Below, piece after piece: positions 49,966 to 60,269 of a stretch of 64,000 bases of DNA. Under the pieces are notes generated by a model that searched no databases, was not told the DNA's origin, and saw only the letters and a list, made by a program, of their open reading frames with translations. The DNA is from Candidatus Micrarchaeota archaeon (GTDB lineage Archaea; Micrarchaeota; Micrarchaeia; Micrarchaeales; Micrarchaeaceae). How positions within the stretch are numbered: the stretch's first letter is position 1; each line of letters begins with the position of its first letter. The stretch spans positions 296,850 through 360,849 of the forward strand of contig JAJZJM010000001.1 of assembly GCA_021810105.1 (NCBI GenBank). Reading direction: 5' to 3'. Position numbers and translations under genes: made by a program.

Positions 49966-50679
49966 ATGACTTTCCTTACTTTGAACAGAAATGGGGTAAT
50001 CGTAGCATTGCTATTGGGAGCGTTGTTGCTGGTATTCGGAGACTTTAACCCAATATTTGTGCTCTTTATGCTTTATTTCCTTGTGCTGTCAGCAATAGTG
50101 ACCACTACAGGAAAGCACTACAAGAAGAGGATAAAAGTTTATGAGAGGTCCAGGGGCACTTGGAACGTATTGTCTAATGGTCTTGGACCTTTGATATTTA
50201 CTGTGCTTTTCTTTATTTCTTTTGCAGTATTCAACTTGACAACCATAGGATATTTGATGGCAATAGGCTTCGGTGCAAGCGTTGCTTCAATAGCTGCGGA
50301 TAAGTTCAGCAGCGAGATAGGAGTACTGAACGGCGCACCTCGCGATATCTTTACATTCAAGAAGCTTAAGAAAGGCATGTCTGGAGGGATAACAGGATTG
50401 GGATTATTTGCAGGTTTTATTGGCGCGGTGCTGGTATCTGTGCCGTTTTCTTACTTTTCTTTGGGAGGTGTTCCGCTCAATTTGGAGATTGAATACATTG
50501 CAATTTTGGCGGTTCCTATAATAATCGGCGGTTTTGCTGGAACTGTTGTTGATTCAATAATGGGGCATTTTGAGGAGAGAGGTATTGGTAATAAATTTAC
50601 CTCTAATTTTATATGCAGTGTTTGCGGCGGTATAGTGGGCATTCTGGTATTTATGCTGGTATCTATATTGCTAGCATGA
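49966..50679 (+). CDS. DUF92 / TMEM19 family membrane protein
   Basis: RG..NVL.NG, AD..SSEIG, G.SGGIT..G, DS.MG. Confidence 0.88.
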   Translation: MTFLTLNRNGVIVALLLGALLLVFGDFNPIFVLFMLYFLVLSAIVTTTGKHYKKRIKVYERSRGTWNVLSNGLGPLIFTVLFFISFAVFNLTTIGYLMAIGFGASVASIAADKFSSEIGVLNGAPRDIFTFKKLKKGMSGGITGLGLFAGFIGAVLVSVPFSYFSLGGVPLNLEIEYIAILAVPIIIGGFAGTVVDSIMGHFEERGIGNKFTSNFICSVCGGIVGILVFMLVSILLA

Positions 50680-50690
50680 TGCTGCGCTTG

Positions 50691-51791
50691 TTATGGCAGC
50701 ATTGAAGTGAGTTCAAACATTCTTTCCATAGATCTTCTAGCCCCCTGTGTAATTTCTGGGCCTAGATTTACCTCGTGAATTTCTTTTTTTAGAGAATCGA
50801 GGAGATTGTTTAGGTTATTTTTTCTCATATAGTCGCAAAACCTACACGGAGTGAAAAATTCTTTTTCAGGGAAGGCTTCGCGCAGAGGGGCAGCCATGTC
50901 GCATTCGGTTATGAAAAGGACATTCTTCATGTTCGGCTTTCCTTTAAGGTACTCAATCATTTTTTCGGTGCCGCCAACCGCATCTGCCATATTTGCGATC
51001 GAAGGACGAACCTCAGGGTGTGCAATGACAACATCTATCCTGTTGTTTTTTCTGTACTCATGGATATCAAATTCCGTAAATTTGTTGTGGACCATGCATG
51101 TTCCGTCTTTAAGCAATGGGGCTTCTTTTTCGTTTATTTTTATTCGTTCCTCCTTTCCTGTTAAAATATCCTCCATGATTATACTGCCATCATCTATCAT
51201 TTTGTATGCAAGATATCTTTTTCCGTTCTGCTTATTGCGCATGCCTGTTATAATGTTCTTTGAAAAAAAATAGTCGGGCAATAGAATTACCGGATTGCCT
51301 TCTATGTTGCTTAATATTGCGCCGGCATTTGCAGATGTGCATACCGCATCTACCTCGGACTTTACCTCTGCTGTAGTGTTTATGTAAGCAACTATTGCAG
51401 CCTTAGGGTAATTCTCCCTTATTTTTCGGAGAGCATTTACATTCATTCCGTCTGCTATAGAGCATCCGGCTTTTGGATCCGGAATAACTACTTTCTTGCC
51501 AGGGCACATTGATTTTACCATTTCTGCCATGAAGTATACAGTAGAAGTAACTATCAGACTAATTTCATTTGGAAGGGCTTTTGCATATGATGCAAGCGCC
51601 AAGGAATCTCCAGCTTTGTCAGCTATGAGCTGTATTGGAGGAATTTGGTAATAATGGGCGAGTATGACGGCATGCTTTGCCTTTCTTATGCGGTCTATCT
51701 CCTCCAGCTTAGGCATTATGATATCCAATTCTGAGTCAGAGTACTTGTGAATTGTGGAAAGCTTCTTTTTAATCTGTTCTAAGTCTGCCAT
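50691..51791 (-). CDS. nadA: Quinolinate synthase
   Basis: ILAHYYQ, GDSL.L, FMAE, AGCS.A, YINT, CTS.NA, C.VH, HPE, C.YM. Confidence 0.93.
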   Translation of the reverse strand: MADLEQIKKKLSTIHKYSDSELDIIMPKLEEIDRIRKAKHAVILAHYYQIPPIQLIADKAGDSLALASYAKALPNEISLIVTSTVYFMAEMVKSMCPGKKVVIPDPKAGCSIADGMNVNALRKIRENYPKAAIVAYINTTAEVKSEVDAVCTSANAGAILSNIEGNPVILLPDYFFSKNIITGMRNKQNGKRYLAYKMIDDGSIIMEDILTGKEERIKINEKEAPLLKDGTCMVHNKFTEFDIHEYRKNNRIDVVIAHPEVRPSIANMADAVGGTEKMIEYLKGKPNMKNVLFITECDMAAPLREAFPEKEFFTPCRFCDYMRKNNLNNLLDSLKKEIHEVNLGPEITQGARRSMERMFELTSMLP

Positions 51792-51844
51792 TTTGCCATT
51801 ATTGTAACTTATGCAGGATATTTATAGCGATTAGATTAACACTA

Positions 51845-51928
51845 TGCGCCAGCCGGGATTTGAACCCGGGTTACGAGCTTATTCCTAGTATGGGAAGCTC
51901 GGATCCTACCAGGCTAGATTACTGGCGC
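51845..51928 (-). tRNA. tRNA-Gly(CCC) with 11-nt intron (51880-51890)
   Basis: Reverse complement GCGCCAGT...CGAGC-TTCCCA-[TACTAGGAATA]-A-GCTCG...GTTCAAATCCCGGCTGGCGCA. Confidence 0.93.
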
Positions 51929-51952
51929 AGCTTTCTGCTTTAATTAGCGCAT

Positions 51953-52774
51953 TTACCTTATATAAGAAAGGCTAGAATCTGGCTTTCCTCCATGCGAGGC
52001 GTCCTGCGGAGGCATTTGCAATGACATAGACATCTGCTGTTCAATCTCTTTTAGCGCCTTTGCTGTTTTATTTATTATTTTGTCTAAGCTGTCAGTGTTG
52101 ATAGGTATCTCAAGCCTTTCGGATAGTACAGCGAGCACTGATTTTGCTGCAGCTGCATCTAGGTCCATTATTGCAGTCTCACCCATCAGGCATATCCCTG
52201 GAATTCCCCTCATCTTGCCAAGCACAACTATCATTCCTGCAGACCCCCAAATCATGCCTTTTGTCTTGCCGAACAGCACCTTGCTGCCTTTGAACGAGTT
52301 TATTACCTTTTTGTCAGTAGCGTTGCCGAATACCTTGGGTGTGCCTGTTATTGGTTCTGCTGGAGCGTACCCGCCAATAGTGTAGATGTATTTGCCGCCA
52401 AGCTCATTCTTGAAGAAGTCTACCAGCTTTAGGTTGACTTCATGCTGTCCTTCCGGTGTTATAGGCTGGTCGTCACCTGTAAGAAGCACAATGTCGCTCA
52501 TTCCTTTCTTTTTGGGCTTTATATGGTAGAACCTTATGCTCGCCATCCTCAGGCCTCCTGATTTAAGCATTATTGTCCTATGCGGGAGATGATTTGAATA
52601 TAATATTGCGAATTTATTTGCATTGAATTCGTTTTTAAGATGCTCTACAACCAGTTTCCCTACGCTGCCAACGCCAGGTAGGCCTACAAGAAGCACTGGT
52701 TTGTTTAGCTTTATAACGCCTTTCGTTTTTATCCATGTGCCTGATTCGATATTAGATTTGGGCAAGTATATCAT
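51953..52774 (-). CDS. Proteasome assembly chaperone family protein (PAC2)
   Basis: GLPGVG.VGKL, GD.QP, T.GGY, CLMGET, D..AA; terminal YIR. Confidence 0.9.
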   Translation of the reverse strand: MIYLPKSNIESGTWIKTKGVIKLNKPVLLVGLPGVGSVGKLVVEHLKNEFNANKFAILYSNHLPHRTIMLKSGGLRMASIRFYHIKPKKKGMSDIVLLTGDDQPITPEGQHEVNLKLVDFFKNELGGKYIYTIGGYAPAEPITGTPKVFGNATDKKVINSFKGSKVLFGKTKGMIWGSAGMIVVLGKMRGIPGICLMGETAIMDLDAAAAKSVLAVLSERLEIPINTDSLDKIINKTAKALKEIEQQMSMSLQMPPQDASHGGKPDSSLSYIR

Positions 52775-53567
52775 CTTTTTCTCTTTTCAGTTTTTCTTTT
52801 TCAAACTTAAATACTCCCTGTTTAGATAATCTTGATTCTGCTATGTTAAGCGCTTTTTTTATCTTGTTCTCTGCTTCAGAGTAATCTTTGCCTTCTGCTG
52901 AGAACCTGTATTTCGGGGCGCTTATATAGAAGATTTCCACGCCGGTTTTCCTGCCGTCTTCCAATATCGACCTCAATTCTGAAGCCCCGGATTCCGTATT
53001 ATAACTGGTCATTGTTACTATATACGAAACCTCTTTTTTCTTCTCTTTCATGTTTGCTTTTATTATCTTCTTTATTTCCTCTTTTAATTTTTCAGGTATG
53101 TTTAGGTTTTCAAACCATTCGTCCTCAGATATTGCGTGCTGAAATAACTCGGAATACCCTCTATTCTCTACTCTTATTCTTTCCATCTTTTCTTCCGTGC
53201 CTTTTACTCCGGATGCCTTTATCGACTGCTGAACAAGTGCGGTTAGCCTTTTTTCTAGATTATACTTTCCTATTTTGTCTTTTGTTTCTTTAGGAGTAAC
53301 CTTCTTTAACGATACATCTATTGAACGCCTATCTTTATCATAGAGCACAACTTTGCATACTATGTTTTGCCCTTCGTGTATAAACTCTCTTATGTTCTTT
53401 ATCCATCCCGATGATACCTCTTTTATAGGAAGGAATACCTCTATATTGGAATATTCAGGAAGCCTGCAGTACGCGCCGAACTGCATGACTTTGGATACTT
53501 GTACGATTACGAGTTCACCAATCTTTGGTATGTTGGGTGCGTTTTCTCTGTTTCCTTCTTGTTGCAT
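52752..53567 (-). CDS. eif2a: Translation initiation factor 2 alpha
   Basis: S1 domain, EVSSGWIKNIR, ID.SLK, Y.SAP.Y. Confidence 0.93.
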   Translation of the reverse strand: MQQEGNRENAPNIPKIGELVIVQVSKVMQFGAYCRLPEYSNIEVFLPIKEVSSGWIKNIREFIHEGQNIVCKVVLYDKDRRSIDVSLKKVTPKETKDKIGKYNLEKRLTALVQQSIKASGVKGTEEKMERIRVENRGYSELFQHAISEDEWFENLNIPEKLKEEIKKIIKANMKEKKKEVSYIVTMTSYNTESGASELRSILEDGRKTGVEIFYISAPKYRFSAEGKDYSEAENKIKKALNIAESRLSKQGVFKFEKEKLKREKDDILAQI

Positions 53568-53574
53568 TACTTTA

Positions 53575-53859
53575 TCACTGTGTTTTAATTTCTAATTTTT
53601 TCTTTGTCCTGGTGCCGATGACTCTTTCAACCATATATTTGCATTCTTTGCACTCAAGAAGGACCTTTTGACGCTTTGACGCTTTTATTCTAGTTGCCTG
53701 TCCTTTAACTTTTCCTATATATCCTTTTAGCTTCCTCATCCTTCTCCTTGTACCCATGCTGAGCCCGCTTTCCTGCTTCCCTGCATATACTTTAACAATG
53801 TGTGTAGTGTGCTTATTGCACCTAGGGCAGAATGTCCTTATCTCTTTTACTATTTTCAT
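53575..53859 (-). CDS. rpl44e: 50S ribosomal protein L44e
   Basis: TFCPRCNKHT.H, L.C.EC. Confidence 0.92.
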   Translation of the reverse strand: MKIVKEIRTFCPRCNKHTTHIVKVYAGKQESGLSMGTRRRMRKLKGYIGKVKGQATRIKASKRQKVLLECKECKYMVERVIGTRTKKKLEIKTQ

Positions 53860-53869
53860 ACAATTCACT

Positions 53870-54397
53870 TTATGTGATTTCCTTGCATATGTTGTTGTTT
53901 ATCAGAAAATTTATATCTTCCTTGCTGCGGGATTTTACATTTACCAGCTGATCTTTTTCAAAAGGGCCCTCCTTGTTGCCTGATGGAAGCATTATCTCAG
54001 GGATTTTTTGTATTGCTATCAGGGTTTTTTGCTCTTCTACCTGCGCCGTGCTTAGTTGTTTCGATTTGAGTACAGCTAAGACCTCATTATAAAGCTCTTC
54101 GTCTTGCCTTGGGGATTGCCCTGGCATTTGTTTTCCGTATGCCACATATAGCAATATCTTCTGTTTTCTTTTTTCGAATATTGAATTTATAAGCCTTTGT
54201 GCATTACTGACTTGAAGGTCAGTATCTTCGGTCTTTTGTTTTTTAAGTTCGTTTATCAAAATTACAACATCTTCATAAAGAGTCTTTGGTATGAGCTGTA
54301 GCTCATTTGACTGCTTCTCTTTTTGGTATATTTGCCATATCATTTCATATTCGATATTAGATCCAAGTTCAACCACTGGTACACCCCATACTTCCAC
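53870..54397 (-). CDS. GINS subunit (Gins51-like)
   Basis: E....ELQ.IP..LY, R..KI, C-terminal B domain IPEI....G...GPF; upstream of L44e as in the conserved cluster. Confidence 0.75.
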   Translation of the reverse strand: MEVWGVPVVELGSNIEYEMIWQIYQKEKQSNELQLIPKTLYEDVVILINELKKQKTEDTDLQVSNAQRLINSIFEKRKQKILLYVAYGKQMPGQSPRQDEELYNEVLAVLKSKQLSTAQVEEQKTLIAIQKIPEIMLPSGNKEGPFEKDQLVNVKSRSKEDINFLINNNICKEIT

Positions 54398-54503
54398 TAA
54401 TCGCTACTTTTATACTATAATGTTTCTAATGAATAGAATATAAATCATATTATTATAAGGCTAAGCAAATGTAAATATTAGTGGAACTGAGGGGGTATAA
54501 AAA

Positions 54504-54578
54504 TAGCGAGGAATGGATTTGAACCATTGATCTCTGGGTTATGAGCCCAGCGGGCACTCCAGACTACCCTACCTCGCT
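54504..54578 (-). tRNA. Initiator tRNA-Met(CAT)
   Basis: A1-U72 pair, GGG/CCC anticodon stem, CTCATAA loop. Confidence 0.95.
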
Positions 54579-54628
54579 ACAAAATATAATAATGAGATAA
54601 AAGAGTTTTTAATACATTGTGAAGCAAA

Positions 54629-55405
54629 TCACAAAATATCGTCGTTTTGGCCGAGCATTACTTCTTTTTCGTTGTTGTCAATTATGTTCTCTACATCTAA
54701 CCTGCTCATCCTTGAAAGCTTCTGGCCACATGTGCATTTGAATGAAGATTCAAAAGCAGAATCGAATGTAAAAATCACATTCTCTTTAGGATAGCAGTTA
54801 TTGCACATAAAATAATCATTGCAATCACTTGTAACTACTGTCTTTTCATTTGCCATATTATTTATGTAATCAAAGAAAGGTTCAACTTTGCTTGTGTTTA
54901 TATACCATGCAAATGACAGCCATCCTCCGGTATTCTTCGAAACATAATAATTGGTAAGTCCATGTCCGTGAAGCAGGTTGAGGATTCTTCTAATTGCGTT
55001 AATCTTCATTCCTAGCTTCTCTGCCAAGTATTCGTCTGTTTTTGGAGAGGTAAGCATCTTAAGCACTTCAGGTGACCATTTGCTAATATTCTTTTTAAGG
55101 AAGGACATTGCCATGTCATTCTGAAACAGTGAATTAAGAGAGGCACCAACCTCTTCGGGCGGCGCAATTACTGGCATTGTCTTTCTTGTACTTAATGGCG
55201 CAGCATCTGCGGCACGCTCTTTATGAATATTAGTTTTTGGTGTGCGCAAACGGCTTTGACTTTTGGAAACAGCATGCGCTTTCATGGTCTTCCTGACAAA
55301 GCTGCCAGAACTGCCACTATTGCGTACTCGCGCAGCTACCTTCACAGGTCTTCTTGAAATTTTTTGCCTTTTGCTCAGAACACGTTTTCTATTTATTGCA
55401 GCCAT
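54629..55405 (-). CDS. tfe: Transcription factor E (alpha) with basic N-terminal extension
   Basis: TDE.LAEKLG.KIN.IRR.L..L winged helix, GW..F.W, Zn ribbon CNNC...CTCG. Confidence 0.82.
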   Translation of the reverse strand: MAAINRKRVLSKRQKISRRPVKVAARVRNSGSSGSFVRKTMKAHAVSKSQSRLRTPKTNIHKERAADAAPLSTRKTMPVIAPPEEVGASLNSLFQNDMAMSFLKKNISKWSPEVLKMLTSPKTDEYLAEKLGMKINAIRRILNLLHGHGLTNYYVSKNTGGWLSFAWYINTSKVEPFFDYINNMANEKTVVTSDCNDYFMCNNCYPKENVIFTFDSAFESSFKCTCGQKLSRMSRLDVENIIDNNEKEVMLGQNDDIL

Positions 55406-55764
55406 CTTATGCACTCGCCTGGTAACGAAGAAGTCGTCAAACGCCACTATATTTAACGCATCTCAAATATTTAAATATAACTATATGGCGACTATTATAG
55501 GAAGTTGAATATTACCTCTGCACATTTTACCTGAATTTTAGCATATAATGGATCAAATGCAAACTAACACTCTCTGTAATCCTCTTATTCCGACAAACCT
55601 CCTTTTCTAAAGCATGAACAACCTTTTTCTGGTGCGGGAAGATATATGTGCAATCTGTCAGCCAAACAAAAAAGTATATAAACACAAACGGATAGATACT
55701 ACCACATATTAAACTAAAGCAGAATCCTAAGTTAAACGTAACGCAGGAAACTCGGTCTAAAAAG

Positions 55765-56340
55765 ATGATTCAGATGAGTATGTATAATCATATGAAGGAG
55801 GCATTTCAAGAGGAGTACAAACAGCGCAGTGACATCTACAAAGCCAGAATAACCAAGTGGAACTCTGAACCTCCAATAATGAGGATCAGCAAACCTACTA
55901 ACATAGCAAGAGCTAGAGAGCTGGGTTATAAGGCAAAAGAGGGGATACTTATGGCCAGAGTTAGGGTCAGGGGAGGCAAAAGCAAAAGAGAGGCACCCGA
56001 TGGAGGAAGAAAGCCCTCGAAAAGCGGCAGATTCTTTTCAAGAGCAAAATCTCTCCAAGCCATAGCCGAGGAAAGGGCTGCAACAAGGTTTTCCAATTGC
56101 GAAGTCCTAAACTCGTATTTTATAGGTGCTGCTGGAACAGAAAAATTTTATGAGATAATACTTCTGGACAGGAGCAATAAAGGAGTACAGAACTCTCCGC
56201 TCTATAAAGAGATACTCGCGCAGAGGGGCAGGGCATATCGCGGCCTGACTCACCAGGGAAGAAAGCATAGAGGATTGGCAAACAAAGGATATGGAACAAT
56301 AAAGCTAAGGCCAAGCAAAAGGGCAAGAAACATGGCTTAG
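55765..56340 (+). CDS. rpl15e: 50S ribosomal protein L15e
   Basis: AR.LGYKAK.G, Q.IAEERA, VLNSY, RGLT..G. Confidence 0.95.
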   Translation: MIQMSMYNHMKEAFQEEYKQRSDIYKARITKWNSEPPIMRISKPTNIARARELGYKAKEGILMARVRVRGGKSKREAPDGGRKPSKSGRFFSRAKSLQAIAEERAATRFSNCEVLNSYFIGAAGTEKFYEIILLDRSNKGVQNSPLYKEILAQRGRAYRGLTHQGRKHRGLANKGYGTIKLRPSKRARNMA

Positions 56341-56456
56341 AATGTCTCAGTTCCGCAAATGCGCACCTACGGCAAAACAACTAAAAATATATAAATATGA
56401 ACAAGAGATATGTCTGTCTGTTAATTTAATCTGATTTTCAGGCAAGAACAAGCAAA

Positions 56457-57425
56457 GTGAATTTGATGGCTAGAGGATCACTGCAATACTGGCAGAAAAG
56501 GAGGGCATACAGACGTTTGCCACGCGTACGCAATTACTTCTCTGACTCGAAAGAGCCATCAATAGTCGGCATAGTCGGATATAAAGCTGGAATGACTCAT
56601 GCAACAGTGGCAATCGCAGGAAAGCAAGAGGAGGCCCGCGCATGCACAATAATAGAAGTGCCAAGAATAGAGGCATACGGCATTCGCCTTTACAAAAAGG
56701 AAAGAGGTACAGGATACAAGAAGATTCTTAAGGAATTTCATGACAAGAACTCTGCTCAGAGGGCAGGGGTCAAGAAATCTGATGATTATAATGCAGAGTC
56801 CGCAAAGGCTCTACTTTCAGAAACCGTAGATGTAAGCGTGCTAATGGCGGCTTACCCAAAAGGCATGGCTACAGGACAGCATCATCCTGATAGGTTTGAA
56901 TCACACATATCTGGTAAAGATATAGCCAAAAAGTTTGAACTGGCGAACGGCATTCTCGGAAAGGAAATCAAGCCAGGAGACATATTCAAAGAGGGGGAGC
57001 ATACAGACATAATAACCATAACCAAAGGAAAAGGATGGGCAGGAGTAATAAAAAGGTTTGGTGTAGCTAGGCTGAACCACAAAGCGACTCAGAAAATAAG
57101 GCACGTAGGAGTCCTTGGATCTTTCGGAATAGGCAGGGTCCTATACTCTGTCCCGCAATCCGGTCAACTTGGCTTCAATTACAGGACAGAACAGAATAAA
57201 AGGATATTAAAGATAGGGAGGAAAGAAGACGTCGAGAGCATAAACCCAAAATCAGGATTTATAAATTATGGCAAAGTAAAGAGTGACTTCATCATAATAG
57301 ATGGGTCTGTAGGCGGACCTGCGAAGCGTCTTGTCAGAATAAGAAAATCAATAACAAATGTCGATTCAAAAGGAATAAAAGAAGCAAAAGTAACGTATAT
57401 CGCAACAACAGAAAGGTCATTATAA
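56457..57425 (+). CDS. rpl3: 50S ribosomal protein L3
   Basis: RGSL, GYKAGMTH, TKGKG..G..KRFG, GQ.G...RTE.NK. Confidence 0.96.
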   Translation: MNLMARGSLQYWQKRRAYRRLPRVRNYFSDSKEPSIVGIVGYKAGMTHATVAIAGKQEEARACTIIEVPRIEAYGIRLYKKERGTGYKKILKEFHDKNSAQRAGVKKSDDYNAESAKALLSETVDVSVLMAAYPKGMATGQHHPDRFESHISGKDIAKKFELANGILGKEIKPGDIFKEGEHTDIITITKGKGWAGVIKRFGVARLNHKATQKIRHVGVLGSFGIGRVLYSVPQSGQLGFNYRTEQNKRILKIGRKEDVESINPKSGFINYGKVKSDFIIIDGSVGGPAKRLVRIRKSITNVDSKGIKEAKVTYIATTERSL

Positions 57426-58225
57426 TGTCTAATGCCAACATCTTGAACTTAGAAGGTAAAAAATCCGGCTCTGTGGAGCTTCCGGCAGCGTTTAACGAAA
57501 CTGTAAGAAGAGACCTCATCTCCAGAGCAATACATGCGGAGAACACAGGAAGGATGCAACCCCAAGGACACTACCTGCTCGCCGGAATGCAGACCACCGC
57601 AAGATACTACGGTGCAATGAGCTCGTACAGAACCGGAAGGCACATGGGAATGGCAATAAGACCAAGAGAAAAATTGGGAGGAGGTGTACAAGGAAAGGTA
57701 AAAAGGATTCCTTCAGCTGTAAAAGGAAAAAGAGCTCACCCGCATAAAATAGAGAAGGTTTTGACAGAGAGGATTAATTCCAAAGAATATCAAAAAGCCA
57801 TAAGGAGCGCAATAGCCGCAACAGTTAATCCTGATTATGCTAGGGTAAAATTAGACGGAAACATTCAATACCCTTTAATACTCTCAAAAGAGATAGAAAA
57901 AGTAAATAAGACGAAAGAAATTGTGATATTATTCAAAAAACTTGGTCTGGACGGCGCAATCCAGAAAGGCAAGGAAAAAAGGAAGAAAAAAGGAATAAGA
58001 AGAGGCGCAGAGCAGAAGAAGTACAAGAAAACAATATTAATGGTTCTCGGCGAAAATGGCGCTGCTGCAAAAGCTGCAAGAAATATAGCAGGCACTGATA
58101 TCTGCACAGTGGAAAACTTAACTGCAAATCAGCTTGCTCCCGGAGGTCTTCCAGGTAGGTTGACTATATGGAGCGAAGATGCGATAAGCAAACTGGACAG
58201 CGCAATAAAAAACATGAAATTATGA
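57425..58225 (+). CDS. rpl4: 50S ribosomal protein L4
   Basis: R.DLI.RA, LAPGG.PGRLTIWS. Confidence 0.95.
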   Translation: MSNANILNLEGKKSGSVELPAAFNETVRRDLISRAIHAENTGRMQPQGHYLLAGMQTTARYYGAMSSYRTGRHMGMAIRPREKLGGGVQGKVKRIPSAVKGKRAHPHKIEKVLTERINSKEYQKAIRSAIAATVNPDYARVKLDGNIQYPLILSKEIEKVNKTKEIVILFKKLGLDGAIQKGKEKRKKKGIRRGAEQKKYKKTILMVLGENGAAAKAARNIAGTDICTVENLTANQLAPGGLPGRLTIWSEDAISKLDSAIKNMKL

Positions 58226-58233
58226 TGATATAA

Positions 58234-58488
58234 ATGGTCGGAATATTAAAATATCCTCTATCTACAGAAAAGGCCATAGGCCTGGTTAGCAGGGGTAATA
58301 CTCTTACATACATCGTAGATGCCAGGATAACTAAGAAAATGATAAAGGAAGAGATGGAAAAGATATTTAATGTAAAGGTCAGCAGAATAAGGACGGTAAA
58401 TACTGCAACGAACTTGAAAAAGGCTTACATTAAGCTTGCAAAGGGAAGCAGCGCAGAGGACGTAGCAAAGAGATTAAAACTGGTGTAA
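58234..58488 (+). CDS. rpl23: 50S ribosomal protein L23
   Basis: P..TEKA, KKAYIKL. Confidence 0.95.
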   Translation: MVGILKYPLSTEKAIGLVSRGNTLTYIVDARITKKMIKEEMEKIFNVKVSRIRTVNTATNLKKAYIKLAKGSSAEDVAKRLKLV

Positions 58489-58490
58489 AT

Positions 58491-59204
58491 ATGGGAAAAA
58501 GGCTTAGACAGCAAAGAAGGGGAAAAGGCTCCAAAACATATGCAAAGCCACCAGGAACTTTTGACATACGCGTCAACTACGCGAATAACGCCTCTATCAA
58601 AAAGGAAGGAGAGGTAATAAGGATATTTAACCACACAGGGCACACTGCCCCGTTGATAGAGGTCAGGTATGAAGATTTTACAACATCATTCATGATTGCA
58701 CCTGAAGGAATAAAGGTCGGCGACAAGGTTTATCTTGGCATGAACGTATTCTCTCTAGGGAGTACAATGAGGATGGGCGATATTCCTGAAGGTTTTCCGA
58801 TTTATAATATAGAGTCAACTCCTGGAGACGGAGGAAAGCTAGTCAGGAGTGCAGGAGCTGCCGCATACATTACCGCGCATCAGAGCGGATATACAAATGT
58901 GCTGCTGCCATCAAAGAATATAGTGCAAGTTAACAATGACTGCAGGGCACAGCTAGGTCTCGTAGCCGGAGGAGGCATGACAGAGCAGCCAATAATGAAA
59001 GCCGGAAAGAATCATTACATAATGCATGCTACAAATACGATGTGGCCTAAGATAAGGGGAGTCAAGAGCAACCCTGTAGACCACCCGTTTGGAGGAAAGC
59101 AGCACCACAAAGGAAAGAGCAGCATGACATCAAGGAATGCACCACCAGGAAGGAAGGTCGGGCATATAGCTGCAAGAAGAGTCGGAAGGAGGAAAAAAGG
59201 ATGA
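58491..59204 (+). CDS. rpl2: 50S ribosomal protein L2
   Basis: MGKR...QRRGKG, PGDGGKL.R, NPVDHPFGG, PPGRKVG. Confidence 0.97.
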   Translation: MGKRLRQQRRGKGSKTYAKPPGTFDIRVNYANNASIKKEGEVIRIFNHTGHTAPLIEVRYEDFTTSFMIAPEGIKVGDKVYLGMNVFSLGSTMRMGDIPEGFPIYNIESTPGDGGKLVRSAGAAAYITAHQSGYTNVLLPSKNIVQVNNDCRAQLGLVAGGGMTEQPIMKAGKNHYIMHATNTMWPKIRGVKSNPVDHPFGGKQHHKGKSSMTSRNAPPGRKVGHIAARRVGRRKKG

Positions 59205-59208
59205 TTGA

Positions 59209-59604
59209 ATGGCAGAGAGAATCGCTTTTAAAGGACTATTGCCCTCGGATGCAGAGAAGCTTACTAATGAACAGTATATACAGCTGATAAAATCAAGGCA
59301 AAGACGCAGCATAAAAAGGAATGCGATGGATTACAGAAAGCTTTGTGAAAAAGTGGAGCGCATAAAGAAGAGCGGCAGCCAAAAGACAATAAAAACCCAT
59401 ACAAGAGAGGCAGTGATACTTCCATCTTGGATAGGATTAAGATTTGAGGTGCATAACGGCAAAACCTTCCAGATAGTCCAAATAGCAGCAAATATGCTCG
59501 GACATAGGCTTGGTGAATATGCATACAGCACCAAAAGCGTAGTGCACTCTGCACCAGGAATAAGCGCAACAAAAGGAAGCAAATTCATAGGAGAAAAGAA
59601 GTGA
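59209..59604 (+). CDS. rps19: 30S ribosomal protein S19
   Basis: KTH.R...ILP, HNGK.F, MLGH.LGE. Confidence 0.96.
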   Translation: MAERIAFKGLLPSDAEKLTNEQYIQLIKSRQRRSIKRNAMDYRKLCEKVERIKKSGSQKTIKTHTREAVILPSWIGLRFEVHNGKTFQIVQIAANMLGHRLGEYAYSTKSVVHSAPGISATKGSKFIGEKK

Positions 59605-60269
59605 CAAGTGGGAACATGGAATATTCATTCAATAGAAACAGGGAAGGGCTTGCATTTGCACACATGAAAGACATAAATGCGAGCTTCAAAGACCTGAGCA
59701 TAGTCTGCGATACTATAAGATACAAAAACGTGCAGCAAGCAATGACGATTCTCGATAAAGTGTCCGAAGGCGACATGCCCGTATTGTATAATAAATACAA
59801 CAAGTACATGGGGTCCAGGCATGAGCTTGGTGGCAGAAAGGGCAGATACCCTATGAAATGCGCACGGATAGTCAGGAAGGTCTTGATGAATGCGATAGCA
59901 AATGCCGAAAACAAAGGGGAAGACCCAGACAACATGTTTATAGTGCATGCTACAGCTAATAAGACGATGATCCTGCCAAGAATTGCGCCAAAAGGTGAGC
60001 TTAGGCTTGGCCATAATATGGGAAGAGGCTCTACAAGGAGGACAAATCTTGAGCTGGCAAAAATAGAGATGGCAATAGGATATGGCACAGAGGAAGGGCT
60101 TAGCGAGAGAATGAAGAAGAGCATAGAACTCAACAGAAAGAACAGCAAAGCAGGCATACAAAAAACCGACGCTAAAGCAAAACACCAGAGCCAGAAAAAA
60201 GAAGCAAAGGCTGCAGCACCAAAAGAGCAGAAAAAGCAGAATGTAAAAACTGAAGATAAAGTGAATTGA
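59601..60269 (+). CDS. rpl22: 50S ribosomal protein L22 with Lys-rich tail
   Basis: S.K, GRYP.K, NA..NAE.KG; start may be ATG 59616. Confidence 0.93.
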   Translation: MTSGNMEYSFNRNREGLAFAHMKDINASFKDLSIVCDTIRYKNVQQAMTILDKVSEGDMPVLYNKYNKYMGSRHELGGRKGRYPMKCARIVRKVLMNAIANAENKGEDPDNMFIVHATANKTMILPRIAPKGELRLGHNMGRGSTRRTNLELAKIEMAIGYGTEEGLSERMKKSIELNRKNSKAGIQKTDAKAKHQSQKKEAKAAAPKEQKKQNVKTEDKVN

